Positions 35,751 to 44,094 of a stretch of DNA of 64,000 nt are shown one piece after another; position 1 is the stretch's first letter; the number at the start of each line of letters is the position of its first letter. The stretch is from assembly GCA_963768175.1 (NCBI GenBank), contig CAVYGQ010000001.1, positions 840,717 through 904,716 of the forward strand, in the 5' to 3' direction. The DNA comes from Candidatus Doudnabacteria bacterium. Lineage in GTDB: Bacteria > Patescibacteriota > Doudnabacteria > UBA920. Under the pieces are notes generated by a model. That model had not been told where the DNA came from. It did not search any database and saw only the letters and a list, made by a program, of their open reading frames with translations. A program made the translations under genes and the position numbers.

Positions 35751-36482
35751 TTATATGGTATTCCAAAAATGGTTGAGAATTATGCTTACGGTTTCATATA
35801 TATCGGCGCTTTCAACCACCAGCCCCAGCGAGCTGTCCCCTTCCTGGGTAATAAAAGCCACTTTTCCGTTATAGGCAAACATTTCATTTTTAAACGGAAA
35901 ATTTTGGGCTGGTATTAACTTGGTTTGCCTTAAAGCGAATTTGTCTTTTGATTGTAAATCTTGATAAAAGGGAATATCAGGGGCGATTATTTTTACAAAA
36001 TTTCCTTTTTTTACCCTTCTTTCCACGTATTCTTCGCCCCAATAGTCTCGGATTTTTTCATCAGGCAGTTTTGTGGAAAGTACCTCTATATAGTTGGCAT
36101 GCTTGGATAAAATATCTTCATAAATTTCCTTAATGCCCTCAAGCCCTTGATATATCCTGACTGATGGTTTTTTGCCGGCATGGCTCTGGATAGCCAAAAG
36201 CTGTCCCATGATGTTATCTAAGGCATTCTCTTTTTGTTTAATCAATGGAAAAATATTCTGTGGGTCTTCCACGATGTATATTTTGCGTTTGCCTTTCAAA
36301 ATAGTTTTAATCAATCCTTTTTCTTTTAAGCTGTCTACGAGTTCATAAACCGTGGCGCGTTTTAATTTGGCATTATTAACCAGTTCCTGCATAGTCGCGG
36401 GACCGGTTTGCAGGCCGGCCAAGTAAAGAGCGGACTCTTTTTCGCTTAGTCCGATTTTTTGCAGGTTTTGTTCTAAATTCAT
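35751..36482 (-). CDS. TrmB-like winged-HTH transcriptional regulator (paralog 2)
   Basis: 243 aa. IGLSEKESALYLAGLQTGPATMQELVNNAKLKRATVYELVDSLKEKGLI. Confidence 0.75.
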   Translation of the reverse strand: MNLEQNLQKIGLSEKESALYLAGLQTGPATMQELVNNAKLKRATVYELVDSLKEKGLIKTILKGKRKIYIVEDPQNIFPLIKQKENALDNIMGQLLAIQSHAGKKPSVRIYQGLEGIKEIYEDILSKHANYIEVLSTKLPDEKIRDYWGEEYVERRVKKGNFVKIIAPDIPFYQDLQSKDKFALRQTKLIPAQNFPFKNEMFAYNGKVAFITQEGDSSLGLVVESADIYETVSIILNHFWNTI

Positions 36483-36632
36483 AAAGTATCGGTAAAACCG
36501 ACGATATTTTAATTACAATATAACCTTATTTTAAAGGATATTTTTAATATTGTCAATAATATATATCAAGATTATTGATATATTTAACAAATTAGTGTAT
36601 AGTGTTTGGTCAACCTTAAGGAGGGTTGGGTT

Positions 36633-37277
36633 ATGAGAATATTAGTCGTTGACGACGAGCCCATCAATTTGCTCGCCGCGCAGCAGACTTTGGTTGGGCA
36701 CGAGTTAGTGCTCGTTGACGGTTACGATAAGGCAACGGTACTTTTGGAGCCGGCCGCATACGAAGAAGAGATCACAAAACTCCAGGGAGGGGAAGGCCAC
36801 CGCATTAGCTACCGGCAAGTGCAAGAGATGTTACGCAAGTCTACCAAAGTGTTTGATGCCGTCTTAACTGACCTGCTCATGCCCCCAGGCAAGAGGGGGC
36901 AATCACCGCGGTCTCGCGAAACGTTCCAGAACCTCCCATTTCCTTCGGGGGTGATGCTCGCCCTGCACGCGATCCGGCAAGGCGCAAAGTATGTCGCTGT
37001 GTTCACAAGCGGGATCAACCATCACCACAATCCCGCGGTCTGGATGATGGAGCCGCTCAGGTGGGGCTGGAACGCTACGCCGCAGAAGTTCTTGGTCAAC
37101 GGAGCCATTTTGGGATTCTTTGATGAGTGCGATGGCGGTCGCGTCCCTGTAGATGGCACTGTGTGTCAGGAATGCAATGGCAAAGGTTGCCTAACATATT
37201 GTCATGAAACTGGCAAGCTTTTTGCCAAGAACTGGGGAAGGGTTCTTGAGGAGCTCATCAAGCACCACAACAGCTAG
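36633..37277 (+). CDS. Stand-alone receiver (CheY-like)-related protein with C-terminal zinc knuckle, GC-rich islet D
   Basis: ATG 36633 follows TAAGGAGGG. MRILVVDDEP ... FDAVLTDLLMP ... VAVFTSG follows the REC beta1/beta3/beta4 pattern. C-terminal CQECNGKGC..C. Homologous by eye to 40433-40876. Confidence 0.65.
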   Translation: MRILVVDDEPINLLAAQQTLVGHELVLVDGYDKATVLLEPAAYEEEITKLQGGEGHRISYRQVQEMLRKSTKVFDAVLTDLLMPPGKRGQSPRSRETFQNLPFPSGVMLALHAIRQGAKYVAVFTSGINHHHNPAVWMMEPLRWGWNATPQKFLVNGAILGFFDECDGGRVPVDGTVCQECNGKGCLTYCHETGKLFAKNWGRVLEELIKHHNS

Positions 37278-37286
37278 GGAGTTTCG

Positions 37287-37328
37287 TACCGGACGCGAAT
37301 GCACTTTTTGCGCCCGGTTTTCTTTTGG
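37287..37328 (+). terminator. Rho-independent terminator after the receiver-like gene
   Basis: ACCGGaCGC gaatgcacttttt GCGcCCGGT followed by TTTCTTTT. Confidence 0.55.
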
Positions 37329-37396
37329 CCAAAAATAAACCCCCTTATGGGGGTTCGGCGTTATCTCAGCGTCGCTATCAGCGATTGATCAGCGGT

Positions 37397-39331
37397 TTAT
37401 AACGTCTTCTGTTTTATCTTTTCCTCAAAACTCTCCAAGACATCCCCGACTAAAATTTTAATCGGGGTTTTTATTTTCATGCCGAATTCTTCGCCGGAGT
37501 TTACCGACTTAGATATAACTTTGCTTTGCTGGAGCTCCTCAATTTCTCCGCGGCCTAGCTCGGTATCGGCTCGCCAAACGTTAATGTGGCTGGTCTTTTT
37601 TAACAAGCCTTCTTCCACGCGGCCGCCAACAATCATTTGGCCTTTTTCCGTCATAAAAATTGCTAGAACTTTAGCCTTGCCTAAAACGTGTTTTTCCAGC
37701 TCAGGCGTAAACATCTTTATAACCGCCGAAGTAATATCTTCCAAAAGTTCGTAAATGACGTCGTAGGTATCTATAATAACCTTTTTTTGCTTGGCTAAAT
37801 TAATGGCTTTGGGGTTTACTTTGGTGCGAAAGCCGACAATTACGGCTTTGGAGCTGCCGGCGAGCAAAACATCGGACTCGTTAATTTCCCCCACGCCTTC
37901 GCTTAAGATGTTAATTTTAACCTCATCATTTTTTAATTTGGCCACGCTCTGTTTAATGGCTTCCAGCGAGCCGGCTACGTCGGTTTTTAAAATCAAATTT
38001 AAAGTTTTATTTTCCAAATTCCCCACAATGGCTTGTTTGCTGGAAAGTTTGTGGCTGTGGTTTTTGCGCTGGACCAAAACGGCAATAGCCTTGGCTTCGT
38101 CCAAAGTCGCGGTGGTCTGCAAAATGTCGCCGGCCTGCGGAACTTCCGAAAGCCCGGAAATTTGCGCGGCCGTGGAAGGCGTGGCTTCTTTAAGCTTGCG
38201 GCCGGTCTCGTCTTCCAGGCTCCTGACCCTGCCAAACGCGGCGCCCGCGGCAAAAATATCGCCAACCCTTAGCGTGCCGTTTTGCACCATAACCGTGGCC
38301 GTGGCCCCTTTGCCCTGGGTGATTTTGCTTTCTATAATTGTGCCCACCATTTTGCCGTGCGGGTTGGCGCGCAAATTTTCCATTTCCGCCGTCAGTAAAA
38401 TCATTTCTAAAAGCTGGTCTATGCCCTTGTTTTGTTTGGCGGAAATTTCGCAGGCAATGACCTTGCCTCCCCATTCTTCGGTAAGCACCCCTTGACCGGC
38501 CAGCTCTTGCTTAACCCTGGTAACGTTGGCTTCGGGCTTATCTATTTTGTTTATGGCCACAATCATGGGCGTGTTGGTGAATTTGGCGCGATTGATGACT
38601 TCCAAAGTCTGCGGCCTGACGCCGTCGTCCGCTGCCACAACCAACACGATAATGTCCGTTACGTTGGCACCGCGCGAACGCATCTCAGAAAAAGCTTCGT
38701 GGCCAGGAGTGTCCAAAAAAGTTATCCATTTGTCGTTTTTCTTTACTTTGTAGGCGCCAATATGCTGGGTAATGCCGCCGCTTTCGCCTTCGGCCACTTT
38801 GGTTTTACGGATGGTATCCAAGAGTGTGGTTTTGCCGTGGTCAACGTGTCCCATAATGGCAACTATGGGCGGGCGCGGTTTTAGGTTTTCTTCTTTTTCA
38901 GCTTTTAAGACTTCGTTTAAAAACCCTAAGCCGTATTCCGCTACGCTCTGGTCAGCTTCTGTCTCTACCTCAAAACCTAAATCCTGGGCCACAATGCTGG
39001 CGGTATCAAAATCTATTTCCTCGTTAATGGAAGCCATGACCCCGTTGTTTATCAGCACGGTAATAACTTTGGTTACCGGCAATTTTAACAGTAAGGCAAA
39101 ATCGCGGACTTTAATGAACGAAGGCAATTTAACTTTTATTGGCGTAATAGGAAGGCTGGTCGAAGATCCTGAGCGATTAGTCGAGGGACCAAAAGCTTCC
39201 AGCAGTTTTCGCGCTACGTAATTGTCTACCTTGTTGGCTTTGGGCGAAATGAAATAGCCTTTCTCCTTGGCCTTAAGGCGAACGTCTTGTATGGACATAT
39301 TCAGTTGTGAGGAGAGAGATGAGAGGTTCAT
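37397..39331 (-). CDS. infB: Translation initiation factor IF-2
   Basis: 644 aa. [20 protein letters not shown] and NKID GTPase motifs plus C-terminal IF-2 domains. Confidence 0.95.
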   Translation of the reverse strand: MNLSSLSSQLNMSIQDVRLKAKEKGYFISPKANKVDNYVARKLLEAFGPSTNRSGSSTSLPITPIKVKLPSFIKVRDFALLLKLPVTKVITVLINNGVMASINEEIDFDTASIVAQDLGFEVETEADQSVAEYGLGFLNEVLKAEKEENLKPRPPIVAIMGHVDHGKTTLLDTIRKTKVAEGESGGITQHIGAYKVKKNDKWITFLDTPGHEAFSEMRSRGANVTDIIVLVVAADDGVRPQTLEVINRAKFTNTPMIVAINKIDKPEANVTRVKQELAGQGVLTEEWGGKVIACEISAKQNKGIDQLLEMILLTAEMENLRANPHGKMVGTIIESKITQGKGATATVMVQNGTLRVGDIFAAGAAFGRVRSLEDETGRKLKEATPSTAAQISGLSEVPQAGDILQTTATLDEAKAIAVLVQRKNHSHKLSSKQAIVGNLENKTLNLILKTDVAGSLEAIKQSVAKLKNDEVKINILSEGVGEINESDVLLAGSSKAVIVGFRTKVNPKAINLAKQKKVIIDTYDVIYELLEDITSAVIKMFTPELEKHVLGKAKVLAIFMTEKGQMIVGGRVEEGLLKKTSHINVWRADTELGRGEIEELQQSKVISKSVNSGEEFGMKIKTPIKILVGDVLESFEEKIKQKTL

Positions 39332-39417
39332 GTTTTATTCCTCTCCTTTTTAAGGAGAGGCTAGGTGAGGTTATTTTGCGTTTAACTTATTGATTATACT
39401 CATAAATCTTAATAAAA

Positions 39418-40174
39418 TCAAGACATTTTAGCGCTTGGACTTGCGTCCCAAATTGTCTCAAACAACTTAATTTCTCCAGCCACGATATCCGGGCTTTCAA
39501 TAATTACCGTTACCAATTCTTTTTTGGAACTGAAGATTGCCACTTTATTTCCGTAAATTAGTTTTGAACTGTTATATAAATGGTTTTCCGGCAAATATTT
39601 TACTTCCCTTAGAAGTTCGGCGTGATTGGCTGTTAAAAAAGATTCCGGCATCTGGGATTTAAAATATAAAGCTTTAAAGTTTATACGTTTTTTCAATCTG
39701 GTTGGGATATAGTAGTTTAAATCCCAGATCCTCGCCGATGACTTTATGGATTTCGCTAATTGAGCCAATGTGCCTGACGGTGGAATTGAAAGTTTTGAGG
39801 GAATCCTCCGAGGCAATAAAGTATCCTTCTTTGCCTTCGTAGTAAGTAATCTGCGGTTTCAGATCTGGTTTTTGCGCCAGACTGTTTAATTGCGGCAAGA
39901 TACTTTTTAAGTCGTCTAATTCTTTTTCTGTTTTAGATGCCAAAATATGCGGCGGTGTGGCCACAAATTTTAACCCGCTCCGCATTTTAAAACTGCCCAT
40001 TAAACCCTTTTTCTCCAAAGCCTGGAAAATTACATAAGCCGAAGTTCGTTTTAGTTGCGCTTCCAGCGCCAATTCCGACATCCCCGCCTCACCAAGTTTA
40101 AGCGATGCCAAATACAAAGCCACTTCGCCGTCTTCCAGCCCTAATTCTTTAAGAGTTTGTTTAATGTCTTGCAT
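39418..40174 (-). pseudogene. TrmB-like regulator (paralog 3) split by a frameshift
   Basis: ORF 39674-40174 holds the HTH (LGLEDGEVALYLASLKLGEAGMSELA..KRTSAYVIFQALEKKGLM). ORF 39418-39816 continues the family C-terminal domain in another frame (WDLNYYIPTRLKKRINFKALY.. compare WGEEYVERRVKKGNFVKII in paralog 2). The frames switch near 39723-39733. This could be a sequencing error. Confidence 0.65.
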
Positions 40175-40432
40175 ATTAAATACAAATAAATTGATGCCTG
40201 AGCTTGTCGAAGGCTCAATTTATTTGTCCCTTCGACTTTGCTCAGGGGACAAATAAATTTAAATTTGACGTTTTTTACGTCAACAGTATATCAAATCTAA
40301 TAAAAATAAGCAAATAAAGGCAAAATATATAATAAATTATGCCACAATTATTGACGTTATGTCAATTTTGATGTATTGTTATCGGTCAAAACAAAAACAC
40401 CTGACGAGGTTAACAACGCAAAGGAGGTAGTT

Positions 40433-40876
40433 ATGAATATTTTGGTTGTAGAAGACGATCCGAAGCATATGAAGGAGGCTGTTGAGGTCATTCAAGCCGC
40501 CGGACACGAAGTGATACAGGCAACTGATATGTATAGAGCCAGGGAGTATCTCTACGATGACCGCCCCGACGGAGTAATTACTGACCTTTTTATTCCGGAT
40601 GGTGCGGGAGGAGTAAATGAAGATGCGGATCAGCCGCGAGGCCTAGGAATTGTCTTAATGGCGCAGCAGGAAGGCATTCCTTGCATCATCTGCACCGCAG
40701 GATATCACCACGGATCCAAGTACAACTGGATCTGCGGACTCGGGCGGAGGTTGCACTGGCCACCGATGGTAGATCAGCTTCAGGATCGGCACAACTACGA
40801 GGTGGAAAGCCAGTCGAAAGACTGGCAAGAAGCGCTCGACACCCTGGTCAAGATCATAGTGGCCAAGGGATATTAA
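40433..40876 (+). CDS. Stand-alone receiver (CheY-like)-related protein, GC-rich islet E
   Basis: ATG 40433 follows AAAGGAGG. MNILVVEDDP ... PDGVITDLFIP ... CIICTAGYHH. Confidence 0.6.
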   Translation: MNILVVEDDPKHMKEAVEVIQAAGHEVIQATDMYRAREYLYDDRPDGVITDLFIPDGAGGVNEDADQPRGLGIVLMAQQEGIPCIICTAGYHHGSKYNWICGLGRRLHWPPMVDQLQDRHNYEVESQSKDWQEALDTLVKIIVAKGY

Positions 40877-40995
40877 CAGCCAATGTGTTCAAAAACCGGC
40901 GGTTGTTCGGCGTTAGGAGGCGCGCGAACTACTGACCGGTTTTGTTTTGGCAGAATTGTTTACTTGCTAAACTCACGGCCGTGAGTTTAGCAAGT

Positions 40996-41322
40996 TTAGG
41001 TATTTGCTCTGGCCAAAGTCGCAAATTGCAAAAAGTATTTATTTAAACCTTCCGGGTTTTGCGGTTTATCGGATAGCTCCAGGCAGGCGTTTTCCCGCAG
41101 GCGGCATAGCTCTTTTAGTCTTGGCCCGCGCCAACGGGGATCGTTTATGGTTAAATCCGTCAATTCAAGCATTCTATCAAAGGCTTTTTGGAAATAAGCG
41201 GGCTGGTTTTTTTGTTTCCATCTTAAAGCCCGTCCGAACTCACTGCCTATGTTGCCAAGCTGTTCTTCAAGCGACATTTTTTGCCATTTTTGTTTTATCT
41301 CAGGACCATGGATGTATCCCAT
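40996..41322 (-). CDS. Hypothetical helical protein (108 aa)
   Basis: ORF only. No family recognised. Confidence 0.5.
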   Translation of the reverse strand: MGYIHGPEIKQKWQKMSLEEQLGNIGSEFGRALRWKQKNQPAYFQKAFDRMLELTDLTINDPRWRGPRLKELCRLRENACLELSDKPQNPEGLNKYFLQFATLARANT

Positions 41323-41423
41323 AAATTTATTTTAGGTTATCTGCGTTCTAGATCCCGGATATTTTTTGTGGCTTGTGATAATCATCAGCACAAAAAATTC
41401 CGGGATGGAACACTAAGGGGTAT

Positions 41424-42266
41424 TTAGAATGTACGGTTTTTTCCCACAATCATCTTCAGCCTCTGAGGGATTATTTCCACGGTGCTGGGGAATTTGGCAA
41501 CAACGCGGCCGAGCATGGTCAAATTGGTGCCGCGCGGCTCCAAAAATTCAATTTTTTTGCATTTAATGACTGTGGTATTGGGCACCTTTTCCAGACAGCC
41601 TTCTGAAATAATGTTGCGGTATTTTAAAACCTGCATTTTATTAAGGTGCTCCATTATGAGCAGATCTAAATTGCCGTCCGTGGGGTTGGCGATTTTTTCG
41701 CTTTGGCAGGAAGTGGAACGGATGTTGGCCACCAGTCCGCCGAGCCCGTTTATGGTCACGTTGTAAGAATCATCCACCCGGATGGTAAAGCCTTTTGCCT
41801 CCGAAGAAAGCAGCTTCAGGCTTTGCCACAAAGAGGCGGTTTTGATGTTGTGGGACATTACGCCAAATTCCAGAAAGCTGATAAAATAATTGCCGGAAAT
41901 TTTGGCCAGGTCAATTTTTTCTATGCGCCTGGCGGCAATGGTTTTTACGCCCAAAAAGACGTTTTCAATGCCTAAAATTTTTGCCAAATTTGAATTTTCA
42001 TCAAACGGGATAAAACCCAAAGTAAAATCCCGCCCCTTAAGCGCCGCCAGCATTAAGTTAAAGGTATCGTCACTGCCGCAGGCCACCAAAGTATTGGTGC
42101 CTCTTTGGCTGGCCGTATCCACCAAATCCTGCACGCTGCGCAAGGGAGTTACCCTTGAAGCCTCGCCGGAAACTTTAAATTCGGCCAAAAGCCCGGAAAG
42201 CTCGGTCTGGAGCTTCTCAAATTTTTCCATGGGCAAATTGTGCTGGTCGAGGATATAGTAGTGCAC
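41424..42266 (-). CDS. Diacylglycerol/lipid kinase catalytic-domain (YegS/BmrU-like) protein
   Basis: 280 aa. LVACGSDDTFNLML sits at the position of the GGDGT motif, within overall DAGK_cat-like topology. Confidence 0.65.
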   Translation of the reverse strand: MHYYILDQHNLPMEKFEKLQTELSGLLAEFKVSGEASRVTPLRSVQDLVDTASQRGTNTLVACGSDDTFNLMLAALKGRDFTLGFIPFDENSNLAKILGIENVFLGVKTIAARRIEKIDLAKISGNYFISFLEFGVMSHNIKTASLWQSLKLLSSEAKGFTIRVDDSYNVTINGLGGLVANIRSTSCQSEKIANPTDGNLDLLIMEHLNKMQVLKYRNIISEGCLEKVPNTTVIKCKKIEFLEPRGTNLTMLGRVVAKFPSTVEIIPQRLKMIVGKNRTF

Positions 42267-42369
42267 AAAAGAAATGACAAAAATTAAAAAAATAATAAAA
42301 ATGACAAAAATAAATGGGCCTATAATTTTTGCTCATTTATGCCAATTTTGTCATTTTTGCTCATTACCT

Positions 42370-42788
42370 TTACTCTTCTGGTTCAATAAGGGGTTCGGCT
42401 TTTTCCACGGGAGTTTTCTTGCCGCTGCCCCCGCTTACTCCGTTGCCGCCCATAACGCACTTGCCGGAAAATTGGGCACCGTCTTCCACCCTAAAAACCG
42501 TGCAGACAATATCCCCTAAAACTTTTGCCGTACTCTGTAATATCAAATGCCCGGATATTTTTAAGTTACCCTGTATTTCCCCGCCGACCACGGCATTGCC
42601 CGCCAAAATGTCTGCCGCAATTTTGGCCCCGGGACAACAAATACGCTCTGGCTAGTTTTGACTTTGCCGCTTACCTGGCCTTCTATTTTTATGTTGCCTT
42701 CGCTGTTTAAATCTCCTTGAATTTTAACGCTGGGGCCGACTACGGTTTCGGCCGGGCTGTTTAGGTTCTCGTCTAAGGTTTTGTCCAT
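42370..42788 (-). pseudogene. Bactofilin-like protein split by a frameshift
   Basis: ORF 42561-42788 (..VKIQGDLNSEGNIKIEGQVSGKVKTSQSVFV) and ORF 42370-42606 (AGNAVVGGEIQGNLKISGHLILQSTAKVLGDIVCTVFRVEDGAQFSGKCVM) together give a bactofilin beta-helix repeat. The frames switch at the CCCCGGG run near 42627-42633. Confidence 0.65.
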
Positions 42789-42984
42789 AAATGTCTTTTT
42801 CCGCCGGGTTTCCCGGCTTAATTAATGGTTGGGTCCGGTATTTGTTTAGGTTTTAATATAAATTTGAAGCATTAAATCCGAAATTCGAAACAAATTCTAA
42901 TATCTAAATTGTAAATTCAAAATCCTGGATGTGCCCGTTTAAATATTAAGTATTTGAATTTGTGAATTGTTTCGGATTTCGATA

Positions 42985-43455
42985 TTAGGATTTCAAATTT
43001 GCCTTTTCTACTGCCTGTTGCTCTTCATCGGTCAGTTTAATCTCACATTTCCCCTGGTCTATTTTTTTGGTGTAAATCCTGTTTTGCTCGCGTCCATACA
43101 TGGAGGTAATAATTATTCCGGTATTGTGTTCATCCAATAAAGCCAAAGAAAAACTAAAATTCCCGCCGCCATCGTTAAACGGATTAAAACGTACAAGCCC
43201 CACTTTCTGAACGGCAAAAGTAACCTTAGTTTTTAGTTCATTTAATTCCTGCATCAAAGCCGTTTCCTGCTCCCGGCTGTTCTGTAATTCTTGCTTTAAG
43301 GAGTAAATCACACTTTCTAAACTTAGAGCTTTTCCACCCGCGAAAAAAGCCTTTTTTAGCTTATTAATAGAAATTATTTGCCAGGTGCAGTATCCGGCTA
43401 AAATCAGGGCCAAGCCGGCCAAAATTAAGGTGATTGTAGGTAGCTGTGTTATCAT
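42985..43455 (-). CDS. DUF4446-family protein
   Basis: 156 aa. N-terminal TM helix, coiled coil, then VGLVRFNPFNDGGGNFSFSLALLD, which is typical of DUF4446. Confidence 0.7.
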   Translation of the reverse strand: MITQLPTITLILAGLALILAGYCTWQIISINKLKKAFFAGGKALSLESVIYSLKQELQNSREQETALMQELNELKTKVTFAVQKVGLVRFNPFNDGGGNFSFSLALLDEHNTGIIITSMYGREQNRIYTKKIDQGKCEIKLTDEEQQAVEKANLKS

Positions 43456-43586
43456 ATCTAAGCTATTGTAGCACTAGTTATGGCTTGCGTTCAAATGATA
43501 AATTGTATCATTATCCTTTATCTTTTATCCTTGACAACCTTCGCTTGGTAAAGGATAATGGATAAAAGATTAAAGATAAATTTATT

Positions 43587-43793
43587 ATGTCCAAAAAGCA
43601 CAAAAGAAGCGATTACCAAATACCCCAGCAAGCCGGTATTTCCCATGCCGCGGAATACCGCATTATTAAGTTTGATTTGGTAAAAGTGGTAATTTTAAAC
43701 CTTGTTTATTTAGCGGTTATTTTGTCGTTGTATTTTGGCAACCAGCATACGCATTTTTTGGATAACTGGTTTGCGAAACTTCTCCATTTCTAG
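43587..43793 (+). CDS. Small membrane protein (68 aa), hypothetical
   Basis: ORF with one hydrophobic helix. Followed by the hairpin AACAACGGGCATCATTGG..CCAATGGTGCCCGTTGTT. Confidence 0.4.
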   Translation: MSKKHKRSDYQIPQQAGISHAAEYRIIKFDLVKVVILNLVYLAVILSLYFGNQHTHFLDNWFAKLLHF

Positions 43794-43989
43794 TTTATCT
43801 TTGAACAACGGGCATCATTGGTCTTAGAAATATTTCAATCCAATGGTGCCCGTTGTTACCTTTTGTTATAGACGCCCCATAATGGGCGGGTTTTGTCATA
43901 TATGATATAAAGTGGATAATTTTGGTTGACCAAAGGGCAAAAATTTGCTAAAATTGTAATACATATATCACATACGATAGTTTCCCTTT

Positions 43990-44075
43990 GGCGTCATCCT
44001 GAGCGTAGCGAAGGATCTCATTAAAGAAAGAGATTCTTCACCCTTCGGATGCTACTTCAGGTTCAGAATGACGCC
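43990..44075. repeat. Palindromic MITE/RPE-like element, intergenic copy 2
   Basis: GGCGTCATCCTGAGCGTAGCGAAGGATCTC...AGAGATTCTTCACCCTTCGGATGCTACTTCAGGTTCAGAATGACGCC. Confidence 0.8.
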
Positions 44076-44094
44076 TTAGGAAAGAAAATATTAT

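Noticed and set aside
37791-38495. 234-aa plus-strand ORF and other ORFs antisense to infB, gyrA, hss, mgtA and similar genes
   Set aside because: They are shadow ORFs opposite strongly recognisable housekeeping genes, with no start context or motifs.
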